A DNA stretch of 24,933 bases from Octopus sinensis (taxonomy: Eukaryota): assembly GCF_006345805.1 (NCBI RefSeq), contig NW_021836112.1, positions 1-24,933 of the forward strand. The letters are read 5' to 3'. Within the stretch, counting starts at the first letter, position 1. Each line of letters starts with the position of its first letter. The notes beneath the pieces were generated by a model that worked only from the letters and a program-made list of their open reading frames with translations, was not told where the DNA came from and searched no databases. Of the stretch, positions 10,408 through 21,384 are shown one piece after another. Position numbers and translations under genes: made by a program.

Positions 10408-11210
10408 TTAGGTCGTCGTGTATGAAATTTGTAGTAATGTATATCGTAAATTTTGACAGCTGCTCATCTTGCGCCATTATTATATTTGGCAATCTTTACT
10501 TTTTGTCAGAAAGCTGACACATCTATTTCTTTATTCTAACTCATTTTGCGCTTTATAAAGTATTTATAAATCGTTTTTTGCTACTTTGTTTAGAGATGGA
10601 TAAGTCGGAAATTGGTACGGTTCTGAAATATGAGACATTTCTTAGAAATACAGCATCATAGACAGCTCGGAATATTAATGGAGTATTTTATTCTAATGCA
10701 CAGCAGACAGTATCAAATTGATTTGCAATCCTTTATTCTTGTAACTTTGACTTCACGAATGAGCAATGCAGTCGACTAGAAACAAAGGTGGGTAATGACG
10801 AACTGAAAGCCATCGTCAAGTCAGATCCATCTCAAAGTGCCCGTGAATTATCGTTGTTGTTTGGTGTTAGCAAGTAAACAATACTGACTCACCCAGTTCA
10901 AATCGGTAACGGGGAAAAATTAGATAAGTGTATTCCACATGAACTCAATGAAAATCAGAAACAGCAACGTTTGGAAGCTTGCATTATGCTATTTTCTCGT
11001 CACAAAAATTGGATCATGTTTGAATCGTATTGTAAAATGTGATGAGAAATGGATCCAATACAACAACGGTAAACGTCCAGCACAATGGTTGGACAAAGAC
11101 GCGCCACGAAAAAAACAGTCCAAAAGGCGAAATTCATCAAAAGAACCTGATGGTGTGTGTTTGGTGGTCAGTCGTATGTGTGATCCGTTATGATTTCATT
11201 AAACCTGGCT
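10408..11210 (+). mobile_element. Mariner (cecropia/Hsmar1-like) DNA transposon, decayed and 3'-truncated
   Basis: From ATG 10596, with stops and frameshifts: TARNIN...NDELKAIVKSDPSQSAREL...KLDKCIPHELNENQKQQRLEAC...LNRIVKCDEKWIQYNN.KRPAQWLDKD...HQKNLMVCVWWS..VIRYDFIKPG. This aligns to Hsmar1-type WVPHEL and TCDEKW (first catalytic D). A probable left TIR starts TTAGGTCG at 10408; the second catalytic D and YSPDL are absent. Confidence 0.9.
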
Positions 11211-11319
11211 CATCATGTTCTTTACCAGGTTTCTTTTTGAAGAAAAGTCCACAAAAAAATTTCGAAGATAAAAAAAATACAGGAAGGAAGGAAGAAAACG
11301 AGAAACAGTTAAAAAAAAA

Positions 11320-11865
11320 CACAGCAAATTCTTCTGGCTGTCCTGGTACTCCTAGCCAACTTTGTAATCCTCCTCGTAAGGGCACAAAATAGTCACAAAA
11401 AATACATAATTTTCGGAGAGATACGCCCCCCTTAAACACACTTCTCACCGCTAAAATACAACCACAGGCAAACAAATGCCTGGAACCCGGTAGAGATTCG
11501 CTGTTCGACAAAAATAAATAAACATGAGCCACGAAGCCCCACTGAATCCCTCAAATAACAAATGTCTTACCTAGTAGTTGTGCTGAAATCACAGCAAATT
11601 CTTCTGGCTGTCCTAGTACTCCTGGCCAACTTGGTAATCCTTATCGCAAGGGCACAAAACAGTCACAAAAATAACACAATTTTCGGAGGAATACGTCCCC
11701 AAAACACACTTCTCACCGCTAAGTGAGACTTTAAACACAACCCCAGGAAGACAAATGCGTAGAACTCAGTGGAGCTATCTTGCTCGACAAAAATAAAATA
11801 AACATGAGCAACAGATCCCCAGTGAACACCCCTAAAAAGAAAATTTCTTACCTAGTAGTTGTGCT
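11320..11865. repeat. Unassigned tandem dimer of a ~270-bp unit
   Basis: CACAGCAAATTCTTCTGGCTGTCCT starts at 11320 and 11590; CTTACCTAGTAGTTGTGCT ends both units (11584, 11865). Conserved blocks alternate with diverged ones. Confidence 0.9.
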
Positions 11866-11911
11866 TCGATAATTCACGACCTTGGTATACAAAGACGTGA
11901 TTCCAGCAGCG

Positions 11912-12465
11912 ACCAAATCTACAAAATCCACTCACAAGTTTTTGTGGGCCCGATGCTATAATAGAAGACACTTGCCAAAGGTGCCACGCAGAGTGGGAGT
12001 GAATCCGGATCCATATGGTTGGGAAGCAAGCTTCTTATTTCTTTATGGCCCACAAGGGGCTAAACATAAAGGGGACAAACAAGGACAGACAAATGGATTA
12101 AGTCGATTACATCGACCCCAGTGCGTAATTGGTACTTAATTTATCGACCTCCGAAAGGATGAAAGGCAAAGTCGACCTCGGCGGTATTTGAACTCAGAAC
12201 GTAAAGACTGGTGAAATACCTATTTCTTTATTACCCACAAGGGGCTAAACACACAGAGGACAAACAAGGACAGACAAATGGTTAAGTCGATTATATCGAC
12301 CCCAGTGCGTAACTGGTACTTATTTAATCGACCCCGAAATGATGACAGGTAAAGTCGACCTCGGCGGAATTTAAAATCAACGTAACCGCAGACGAAGTAC
12401 CACTAAGCATTTCGCCCGGCGTGCTAACGTTTCTGCCAGCTCGCAGCCTTTTACCACACAGGCAC
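11912..12465 (-). mobile_element. SINE family A head region interrupted by a SINE B dimer
   Basis: 11912-12037 is family A core/B box ending AAGCTTCTTA. The continuation TTACCACACAGGC resumes at ~12452, after the family B insert. Confidence 0.75.
12038..12448 (-). mobile_element. SINE family B dimer nested in SINE A
   Basis: Two tail-1 units joined at the AAAGAAATA|GGTATTTC junction (~12218-12230); head GGCTGCGAGCTGGCAGAAACG at 12448. Confidence 0.9.
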
Positions 12466-12469
12466 ACAG

Positions 12470-12492
12470 ACACAGACACACACACACACACA

Positions 12493-12535
<43 letters not shown>

Positions 12536-12640
12536 TACTCACACACACACACACACACTCTCTCTCTCTCTCTCACACACACACATACACACACGCAGAA
12601 ACACACACACTCACACATATATATATTCACACACGCACAC
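12470..12640. repeat. (CA)n/(CT)n microsatellite
   Basis: Directly visible. Confidence 0.95.
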
Positions 12641-12795
12641 GATGGACTTCCGCACAATTACCGTCTGCACAATTCCCTCACAAGTAATTGGGCTCCCTGC
12701 GTCTATACCTGTAAGTCCTTTTCCCATCTACCATATAGTTGAACAGAACCCGAAACCATGAGGCTGCAAAGCGAACTTCTAAACCACAGAGCCTC
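12641..12795 (-). mobile_element. Old, diverged SINE A-like fragment
   Basis: CCCTCACAAG...GAACCCGAAACCATGAGGCTGCAAAGCGAACTTCTAAACCACAGAGCC parallels the family A head in reverse complement. Confidence 0.55.
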
Positions 12796-13322
12796 CCATT
12801 AACATCGAAGTTACTTTCATTTTCTTTCAATCTCAATTTCAGACATTGTTATATGTTTCCCCTTGAAATCAATATTTTTCAGCTAACCGCTTAACTTTAA
12901 AACGCACAGCTTAGTCTACGATAACATTATCAATAAAAGCATCAAACGTGGGTTTTCCGAAGAACGCCTTATCTGCAGCAGCATCTCTCAGTCATCTCTG
13001 TCAGGCTGGTATCGACGTCAGCTGTGTCACTGTGCACACCTCTTCACATTTGACCTATACACCCATGGGAAAATTCCAATTCCGTCTCAATTTCTGGCAC
13101 TATCTCTTTGGCTTAACTCCAGGTACATCAACAGTTGTGTTAATTCTTCATCAGTTCTTCAAAGAAAGCTTCAAAATTCCGCGTCTAATATGATATGACG
13201 TTAACTCACACAAACCACCTGTCAACTAACATTAACACAAACAAAACTCGTTAAAAGTAATCTAATACCCAGCTTATTTTATTCCATGTCTTGACTGATT
13301 ACTGATTGTGTATGCATATATA

Positions 13323-13758
13323 CAGGGTGTCCACAAAGTCTGGGTACATGGAGTAAATAAAATAATAACATAAACAATTAAATATAAGAAATAATAATTT
13401 CTTAAAGTATGTGTAAATCCCCATGTGGGTACATGGTGTAAATATATATTTCTTTATTACCCACAAGGGGCTAAACATAGAGGGGGCAAACAAGGACAGA
13501 CAAAGGTATTAAGTCGATTACATCGACCCCAGTGCGTAACTGGTACTTATTTAATCGACCCCGAAAGGATGAAAGGCAAAGTCGACCTCGGCGGAATTTG
13601 AACTCAGAACGTAACGGCAGACAAAATCCCGCTAAGCATTTCGCCCGGCATGCTAACGTTTCTGCCAGCAATATTAACATAAAGAATGAAATATAAGAAA
13701 TAATAATTTCTTAAAGTATGTGTTAATCCCCATATATCCAGACTTTGTGGACACCCTG
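13323..13758. mobile_element. Tc1/mariner-type MITE with 29-bp TIRs and TA target duplication
   Basis: TA|CAGGGTGTCCACAAAGTCTGGGTACATGG ... CCATATATCCAGACTTTGTGGACACCCTG|TA (2 mismatches). It carries an internal tandem ~83-bp duplication and a nested SINE. Confidence 0.85.
13447..13669 (-). mobile_element. SINE family B nested in the MITE
   Basis: Near-consensus family B monomer with tail 1, in an AATAT-rich site. Confidence 0.9.
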
Positions 13759-13760
13759 TA

Positions 13761-14850
13761 TATTGTTATTACTTTATTTTTCATGAACCCTCTCAGACTG
13801 TTTTGTTGGGTATGTTCGAAAGTGTCAGCTGCCTACAGCCAGCAGACAATGGTGATACTCATTTACTGACCATGTTTTAAAAATCCTGCGGAGAACTCTG
13901 ACAGTCCCAAACAATGATTGTTTTATACCAATCTTTTTAATCCACGTTGGTGGTTGAGTACTGATACTTCCATGGTATATCGATTATCAGGCCTTCTATT
14001 TTGTCTACCGCAACAATATCAATTTACCGGTGTCTAATCTGATAGTCATACTGAATCATTGTATCCCAGTGGATTCAGCAATCCTTATTCTCGATAACTC
14101 ATTCTGGGATTTGATCATACCTTGCCTTTGATCTTTCTAGGGAATTAGTTCTACTGAGCTTAAAATGGATTATTCTAGCCACATTATCAAGATTTTGCAT
14201 TCACGTTGTGCCAGTTGCGGGCATTCACTAACAATGTGTTATACTGTTTCATTAAGGCGGCGAGCTGGCAGAAACGTGAGCACGCCAGGCGAAATGCAGA
14301 GTAATATGTCGTCTGTCTTTACGTTCTGAGTTCAAATTCGGCCGAGATTGACTTTGCCTTTCATCCTTTCGGGGTCGATAAATTAAGTACCAGTTACGCA
14401 CTAGGGTCGATGTAATCAACTTAAACCATTTGTCTGTCCTTGTTTGTCCGCTCTATGTGGGCAATAAAGAAATAAGAAACGTTAGCACGCCGGGCGAAAT
14501 ACAGAGTGATATTTCGTCTGTCTTTACGTTCTGAGTTCAAATTCTGCCGAGGTTGACTTTGCCTGTCATCTTTCAGGGTAGATAAATTAAGTACCATTTG
14601 CGTACTGGGGTCGATCTAATCGACTGCTCCCCCCCCCCCACACTTCTCCAAAAATTTCGGGTCTTGTACCTAGAGTAGAAAAGGTTGTATTGTTTCACCC
14701 CTTTCACCGCACATTCTGCATTTGTCTCTCTCAGTTGTGTTATCTTTTCCGTACTTCATATAGTTTCTCCTCAATGCTTGTTCTTGCACCGCGCATATAA
14801 GAGCTTTTATCCATAACCACCGGCCTTCTGAATTTATCTTTGCGCCCGTA
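13761..14850 (-). mobile_element. R4/Dong-like (restriction-like endonuclease) non-LTR retrotransposon, decayed 3' end, split by a SINE dimer
   Basis: Minus-strand peptides ALICAVQEQALRRNYMKY...DKCRMCGERGET (14850-14698) join across the SINE to ETV*HIVSECPQLAQRE..NVARIIHFKL...HWDTMIQYDYQIRHR*IDIVAVDK..LIIDI...GTVRVLRRIF. This gives a CCHC knuckle plus a PD-(D/E)xK RLE motif, followed by a 3' UTR ending in an (AAT)-like tail at ~13761-13780. Confidence 0.75.
14255..14683 (+). mobile_element. SINE family B dimer (tail 1 then tail 2) with degenerate 14-bp TSD
   Basis: Head at 14255, second unit restarting at ~14475. Flanks GTTATACTGTTTCA (14238-14251) and GTTGTATTGTTTCA (14684-14697) match at 12/14. 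Confidence 0.85.
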
Positions 14851-14867
14851 TATATTGAAAAATGTAT

Positions 14868-15000
14868 TAATGTTGTTGTTGGTGCTGATGTCGTTGTTGT
14901 CGTTGTTGCTGTTGTTGTTGTTGGGGGGCGGTGATGGTGAAGCTGTCTCGATAGTGGTAGCGATGATGGTAGTGGTGTTGTTATTGCTATTGTTTGTTGT
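14868..15000. repeat. (GTT)n/(GGT)n trinucleotide repeat
   Basis: Directly visible; source of the poly-T and poly-L/V pseudo-ORFs. Confidence 0.9.
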
Positions 15001-15326
15001 GGCGAGAGTACGACACTCTCTGACAAGAATAGACGAGGCCGCTACATATAAATAGTAGTGGTCTAACGTAGTCGGCAGTTTGTAATTAGGGATTTATGCC
15101 TAATAAAGAAAAGCGTTCGTAATTTAGTCGAGTCCATGCTAGTTGTTTTTCTGTTTGATTTAATCATTTTTTGATCCCCGTGAGTCACATTGTTGAACAT
15201 TTGTTGAAGGTCTCCGATAATTGTTTAACCTAATTGTGAAATTATTGAATTGTTCATTGCTGTCATTTTTGCCTATTATATTTGTTTTCTTCCCCATTTA
15301 TGTGTAAAGTTGTAAGAAAAGAAACG

Positions 15327-16700
15327 ATGGAAAGCGAACCAGTTCCAGCTGGCAGCAATGCGGCAGCAACTGGAAGAAGCTTAACTGCAGACGTTCTACG
15401 GGTTCGAGAGGTTAAATTGGAAGAAAAGAAGTTGAAGCAGTCCAACAAAGTTATCGAAAAGGACGGTACCAGCCTGAGATTGACCCCGCCGCAAGATGTG
15501 ACAGAGAATGCAACTAAGCGGATAGTAGTGTGTAGAACGCTGTCCACGGAAACGAAAAATAATTGAAATAGCAACAGTAGAAGCATTGGAAGGTTGTTTG
15601 AAGTAGACGAAAGGCCTTACGATATTCTATACCAGAGGGAAAAAGTACAGCACAAAAGTTCGAGCGAACAAGACACGATAAGACACTCCACTGTGACGTG
15701 AAGATCATCAGAGTGGGTACTACTGCCAACCTACTGTGGCAAAAGTGTGGCCAGAGTAAGATTTGGCAGAGTACCCACGGAGATTGATGAGGTGTGGCTA
15801 GTGGAAGCCATTTTGTATAACAAAAAGGAAGAAGCGAAAGTTTTAAAAGTGACAAGAACGACTGAGGTAAACTGTGGGGGTCACGGCGTCGAGGTGGTTT
15901 ACTCTCCAGGTCAGTTTGTAGGATTTACATAAAATTGTAGAAGAGGTCATACTGTCGGAGGAAGTGAGGTTAAGAGTGGTGGTGGAGAGAAGACCTCCCA
16001 TCTGCTACAAGTGAGGAGTACAGTGTGGACACGTGAACGCAAGGTGTCTCCAGAAACATGACGAGGACGTGGTGAAACAGAATTAGCAGGGAGAGGAAAA
16101 GGAGCAAAAGCCAGACTGCGAAAAAATACAAAAAATGTGGAGGAGCAATATACGGTGGTGAAGAGAAAGAAGAAGAGAGAAGGAAACACAGACTCATCAC
16201 CAAAGAGTCCGCTAAAAAACAGAAACGCAGGCGTAGAGGTGGTTCAGTGTTAGAGATCAACATCAAGAGGAACCAGCGCGGAGGAGAAAGTGAATTTACA
16301 GAAGCGAAAGGAAGAAAGGCAGGAGATGCCAGCAGCATCGAATGAAAAGGATACAGAAAAGAAAGAGCTACCAATGCCAGTAACATCAGAGGAGACTAAG
16401 AATGGAAGACAGGAAGGATCACAGAAGGGGAAACATATATGGAATTTGATAGAATATTTTTTAAAATGTATTAAAATTGAGAAGAAGATTACGAAAATAA
16501 AATCTAAAATTAGGGTGAGATTGGCACCGAACGAGTTCAATGAAAACACCAAAGCAATCCTGCTTGACAGAGCGTGAGTTGAGAAATTAAAAGAACTATT
16601 TGGAAATAAAATAGATATAACGGGATTACAGGTTCAATTTGATGAAGTGCTACCATTGATGGAATTCCATGAGTTGACCCAGTAACTAGGGTGTAAAAAA
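15327..16700 (+). pseudogene. L1/Tx1-type ORF1 (gag-like) pseudogene with CCHC zinc knuckle and K/E/R-rich C-terminal region
   Basis: With stops and frameshifts from ATG 15327: MESEPVPAGS...EWVLLPTYCGKSVARVRFGRVPTEIDEVWLVEAIL...VEEVILSEEVRLRVVVERRPPICYK*GVQCGHVNARC (knuckle 16003-16047). RPPxC..C...GH....C is typical of L1/Tx1 ORF1. No endonuclease or RT follows. Confidence 0.6.
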
Positions 16701-16881
16701 GAAAAGTAAGTAAAAATATTTTTAAATTAATAGTAACTTTAAAAAAAATGCAAAAAGAAAAAAAACTGATTTTTAAACGGTAATCATAAATAGCTAAATG
16801 ACACTGCCTGCGAGTGGGGAACAGGCAAGACCTTTCATTTTCATTTTTCTTCATTATTATAATTCATAAATTTTATTCGTT

Positions 16882-17183
16882 CGTTATATGTTTTATGTAC
16901 CCCACTGTGCTGTGTATTGTCCCATCTTTATCGAGCCTGAGTGCTCAATAAAAGAAATCAGTTCGTAGTTTGGTTTTTGAGGTCCAGGTACAGTTTACAG
17001 TTCAGTTCGAGTTAGTATTTTGGAAATATTGATTGTTAGTTCGTAAAAGATTGTTGGTTCGTTACGTCTTTGTTACTACCGCTGTTTCTATTTTGTATTG
17101 GTATAACACTGTTACAGTGTATTCTTTATCTATAGTCGACAATATCAACCGTATTACGATATTGGAGGTGTAATGATATAGCA
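16882..17183 (+). mobile_element. 5' LTR of a Gypsy element
   Basis: Ends ...ATATAGCA two bases before the PBS. The putative start CGTTATAT is a near-inverted match (consensus TGTTATAT..ATATAACA), and AATAAAAGAAATCAGTT lies at ~16947. The left boundary is inferred. Confidence 0.6.
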
Positions 17184-17185
17184 TC

Positions 17186-17198
17186 TGGCGACGAGGAT
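17186..17198 (+). other. Primer-binding site complementary to the tRNA-Ser(GCU) 3' end
   Basis: TGGCGACGAGGAT is the reverse complement of ...ATCCTCGTCGCCA, the eukaryotic tRNA-Ser(GCU) 3' end, and lies between the LTR end and gag. Confidence 0.8.
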
Positions 17199-17256
17199 TC
17201 TTCGAAGCTCACGTAAGTTATTTAACAATTTGCTCATTAATAATAGTTATTAAATT

Positions 17257-18628
17257 ATGGAGAACTTATTAGCTGCAGTAATACAGCTTCAAGAGAAGCA
17301 ACAGGAACAATTACAGAAGTAGCAGAAGCAAATACTACAATATCAAAAATAGTTAATTGAATTACAGTCAAGAAAGTCCGAAAATTGGGCAAGCTCGTTT
17401 ACGCCAGAAGGCGTGGCGAACTCGATTTCTGAATTCACTTATAATCCGTAGGAGGGTATTACGTTTCCTGCGTACTATAGAAGGTACGAGGAAATTTTTA
17501 ACAAAGATTGCAAGTCGTGGCCGGATGAGGAGAAAGTGAAGCTATTACTACGCAAGGTAGCTCCGGCTGAGCATGAAGGCTAGTGTAACTTTATATTACC
17601 CAAAATGTCGAGTGAGATTTGTTTCCAAGAAACTATTGAATTACTCTTTTGTGACAAAAGTTCGTTATTTAACACTCGAATGGAATGTTGTAACAAAAAA
17701 TGACAATGATCACTTTATTACATATTCTGGAGTAGTCAACCGAATGTGTGAAAACTTTAAATTTCAGGAACTCACTGAGGATATGTTTAAAACACTTATC
17801 TTCGTACAAGGCCTTACGGCAAACAAAAATAATGGAATTCGAGCTAGGGTTCTCTCAAAAATGGAGCAAGTGAACCAAGACGTAACCCTACAGACCATTG
17901 CAGAAGAATTTCCAACAATTGTAAATCTGAAGCATGACGTGAAAAAATTTACAATACAGATTCCGCACAATTACAGATGTGTCGATCCAGAAAGCACAAC
18001 CAAAACTGAGTACCAGATCCTAATTCATGTTCCTGATGTGGAGGCCTACACTTCATAAAATAGTGTCCATTTGAAAACCGAAAGAGCTACAATTGTCAGA
18101 AAATTGGTCACAAGAGCTCATACTGCAGGGCAAGAATACGAGAGTCGAACGCAAAAAGTTCCAAAATGTTTTCAGTAGAAATTAAATACGGCACAAAAAC
18201 AAGAAAATTCGTACACGTAAAAATAAATGGTGTTGTAAATATTAAACTATAGTTGGATACTGGTAGCGATATTTCAATCATGACTGCGGATACATGGAGT
18301 AAAATCAGGAAACCGAGACTACGTTAAAGGAGCGAAATTTGCGCGTAGCGTGACAGGCGATAAATTAGATTTCATGGGCGAAATGTGTACAGATGTCATA
18401 TTTCGAGGAGAAACACGCAAAGCAAAAATATTCATTCTAGAACATACAATCAATCTGTTTGGTACAGATTGGTTGGAGTAATTTGATTTATGGCACTTCC
18501 CAATAAGTCTCTACTACAAACGCATAAATGGTTGACCCGTTAAAATTAAATCGTCAGAGGAATTGAAGAGAGAATTGAAAAAGTCGGAGGACTTAGGTTT
18601 ATGTAAAAAAGACTGAAGCCTGCTTTCA
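17257..18628 (+). pseudogene. Mag-type Gypsy gag-protease pseudogene, truncated before RT
   Basis: MENLLAAVIQLQEKQQ...NSISEFTYNP*EGITFPAYYRRYEEIFNKDC..WPDEEKVKLLLRK...FKTLIFVQGL..., two CCHC knuckles (CS*CGGLHFIK*CP; NCQKIGHKSSYC, ~18028-18126), aspartic protease LDTGSDISI (DTG 18256-18264) and NLFGTDWL. Confidence 0.85.
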
Positions 18629-18630
18629 AG

Positions 18631-18809
18631 TAAGTGGCCATGCTGGAGCACCACGTTTGGTCGAACTAATCGACCCCAGGATTTATTCCTTGTGAGCCTA
18701 GTACTTATCCTATCGTTCTCTTTTGCCGAAACGCTAAGTAAACACACGAGCATCGGTTGTCAAGCGATGTTGGGGGGACAAACACAGACACACAAACATA
18801 TACACACAC

Positions 18810-18840
<31 letters not shown>

Positions 18841-18996
18841 CATATACGACGGGCTTCTTTCAGTTTCCGTCTACCAAATCCACTCACAAGGCTTTGGTCG
18901 GCCCGAGGCTATAGTAGAAGTCACTTGCCCAAGGTGCCACGCAATGGGACTGAACCCGGAACCATGTGGTTGGTAAACAAGCTACCTACCACACAG
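18631..18996 (-). mobile_element. SINE family A, slightly truncated at both ends
   Basis: Colinear with 9169-9564; abuts the Gypsy break point. Confidence 0.9.
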
Positions 18997-19339
18997 GAAA
19001 TATTGGAAAATGTTATCAATACCCATAAAACAGGGGAGGTATTTGACAGGAACGTGCCTTTCCGCATAAGACATAACCAAGAGATACCAGGTGATACCCA
19101 ACAACAAACATCATCTTCACTTAATTATTGATGTTCAGAGGTGATTTAATCTGGAGATAGTACCTGGTTTTGCATAATACTTTATATAATATTAACCATG
19201 AATATCTGTATTTCACCTGGCATATGCTTGTTCATAAGTTTTAGTTTCCATAAATCATATATCAACGAGAAATAACTTTAATACTGCTCAGTAAAATCTA
19301 ACTGCAAATTTATACTCTTTAGCTTTTATCATTAGTCTT

Positions 19340-19550
19340 TTACTTTCTTTAATCACTGAATTACGGCCATGCTAGGGTCTCAGCTTGAAGGTTTTAGTCG
19401 AACAATTGATCCCTGTACAAATTTTTAAGCGTTGCACATATTCTACCGGTTTCTTATGCTGAACGACTAAGTTACGGGGATATAAAAATAAAACGAACAC
19501 TGTTTGCCAAGTAGTGACTAAGGGACAAACAAAAAAAACAAACACACATA
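19340..19550 (-). mobile_element. Old SINE A 3' half
   Basis: GGCCATGCTAGGG...TTTTAGTCGAACAATTGATCCC...CTAAGTTACGGGGA...GGGACAAAC matches the family A tail region. Confidence 0.65.
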
Positions 19551-19729
19551 AACGCATCCCCCCACACACACATATATACATGTGTCCATATATATATATA
19601 TATATAAAATGAGATAGGGGTTGAAAATTCAACCCACCATGGGATAACATATATCCAATATGTTTCTCCATTTTCTAATTTTGTAGTATATATATATATA
19701 TAATATATATTTATATATATAATAAAATA

Positions 19730-19929
19730 ATGCGCCCTTTTAAAGCTTAACCAGGCTCATGGGCCCGGTTTCCCGGTTTCTATGGCGTACGTGTTCCCCA
19801 GCTGGATGGGACGCCAGTCCATCGCAGCGTTACTCATTTTTGCCAGCTGAGTGAACTGGAGCAACGTGAAATGAAGTGTTTTGCTCAAGAACACAACGCG
19901 TCGCCCGGTCCAGGAATCGAAACCACAAT
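19730..19929 (-). mobile_element. SINE family D (V-domain-like), 5'-truncated at the B box
   Basis: Minus strand: GGTTTCGATTCC (B box)...TTCTTGAGCAAAACACTT...GCGATGGACTGGCGTCCCATCCAG...TAGAAACCGGG. The GATGGACTGGCGTCCCATCCAG block resembles the V-SINE domain (from memory). Confidence 0.7.
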
Positions 19930-20085
19930 ATAAGAGGAAAAGATCTATCAGAAAGGAACTATATCTCTCTTTAAAAAATATCTTTTGATAAGCATAACAA
20001 ATGCGCAACCGGTAAAAAGAACTTCACCTAATTAAATTACTTAAATTACTTAAATTATTTTGTCAGCATTTTCTTCATTTCCTTT

Positions 20086-20120
<35 letters not shown>

Positions 20121-20586
20121 ATGAACAGCTAGGCGCAATGCAATACCATAAAGAAAACATTTAATCGTCAGTATGTGTAACTGAGGAAGTCGAACCAACA
20201 AAAATTGCTAGAAATAGTGATTAAAGAACTCTTAACGCTGTAAGAGCGCAATATATTTACACTGACATGGGAGGTAACCATCACATGACCGCCTGTAGAA
20301 TCGCCAGACTAGGCCTAGTTTCGCCTATATCGTAGGCATCGTCAGAAGTGATTGCTCAAATGGTCGATGGTTTAGTGAATTCCATGAGGCTGATTTAGCA
20401 AAATGCTAATGCGTATACGAAAAATGCGTATACTAAAAATTGATATAAACACCTGTGTGTGTGTGTGTGTGTGGTGTGTGTGTGTGTGTGTGTGTGTTTG
20501 TGTGTGTGTACACGCACACATACGACAGACCTCTCCTAAGTTTCTGTCTACCGAATCCACTTATAACAGCATTAGTTGGCTCGGGG

Positions 20587-20666
20587 CCTAACCCTAACCC
20601 TAAAACCCTAACCTGAACCCTAAAACCTTAACCCTAACCCAAAAATCCTAGCCCTAAAAACTTAAA
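20587..20666. repeat. Degenerate interstitial telomere-like (CCCTAA)n tract
   Basis: CCTAACCCTAACCCTAAAACCCTAACCTGAACCCTAAAACCTTAACCCTAACCC... Confidence 0.85.
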
Positions 20667-21334
20667 ACCAGTACAAACGCACAAACGATATCATAAATAA
20701 CAGTGACAAACGAAAAATACACCGCCGATAGTTGTTGCTGACAAACAACGGCGGTAATTTTATTCAGCTGAATACACGTCATTGATTGGTTGAAATTACC
20801 GAAATACGAGAACTTTAACGTGAAATAACTTCGTAAATATAAGTTTTTCTCAAAAATGCTAACAGTAAAAAGGTGTATTATATGACACATTCTACCAGTG
20901 TCCGAAGTTTGAAAGTGTTTAGCTACAAAAAAATATTTCTTAAATCTGTAGGTCAAAGGGTAAAGATCCTAAAACGATAGTGGTCTTTGCGTCTGATCCA
21001 TTGTCGCACACGGTGCCATTTTAGCTTTACGGACATCTGTTCTACAGACTGGAATACGTTGCTTCGTTAGCATTATGTGTGTATAAATCTCACGTCTGGA
21101 ATTAAATTGCAATCGGCAACTTTCTGCTTCCGTGTAAATGTACAGCGTGTCTGGCTTAATTGATTCATCATGAAATAATTTAGCTCTCGGTGAAAGCCGT
21201 CGCTGTAATTTCATTCTATTCAAATACCCGAAAGAAGCATCGTCTCTTTTCGCCATTTTGATAGCAATACTATAACAATTACAAAAATCATTAAGTTTAT
21301 AACTACGAGGAAGATGTACTTTATAGCTTCGATT

Positions 21335-21337
21335 TCT

Positions 21338-21384
<47 letters not shown>

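Noticed and set aside
12900-13200. Non-repetitive, moderately GC-rich stretch with acidic minus-strand peptides
   Set aside because: No recognisable domain; frames are interrupted by stops and I cannot assign it.
19618-19635. Perfect 8-bp hairpin GGGTTGAA-AA-TTCAACCC
   Set aside because: Short enough to occur by chance in 25 kb, with no Helitron CTRR end or other context.
20969-21256. 95-aa minus-strand ORF in unique sequence
   Set aside because: No recognisable motif, splice structure or neighbouring exons; its length is compatible with chance.
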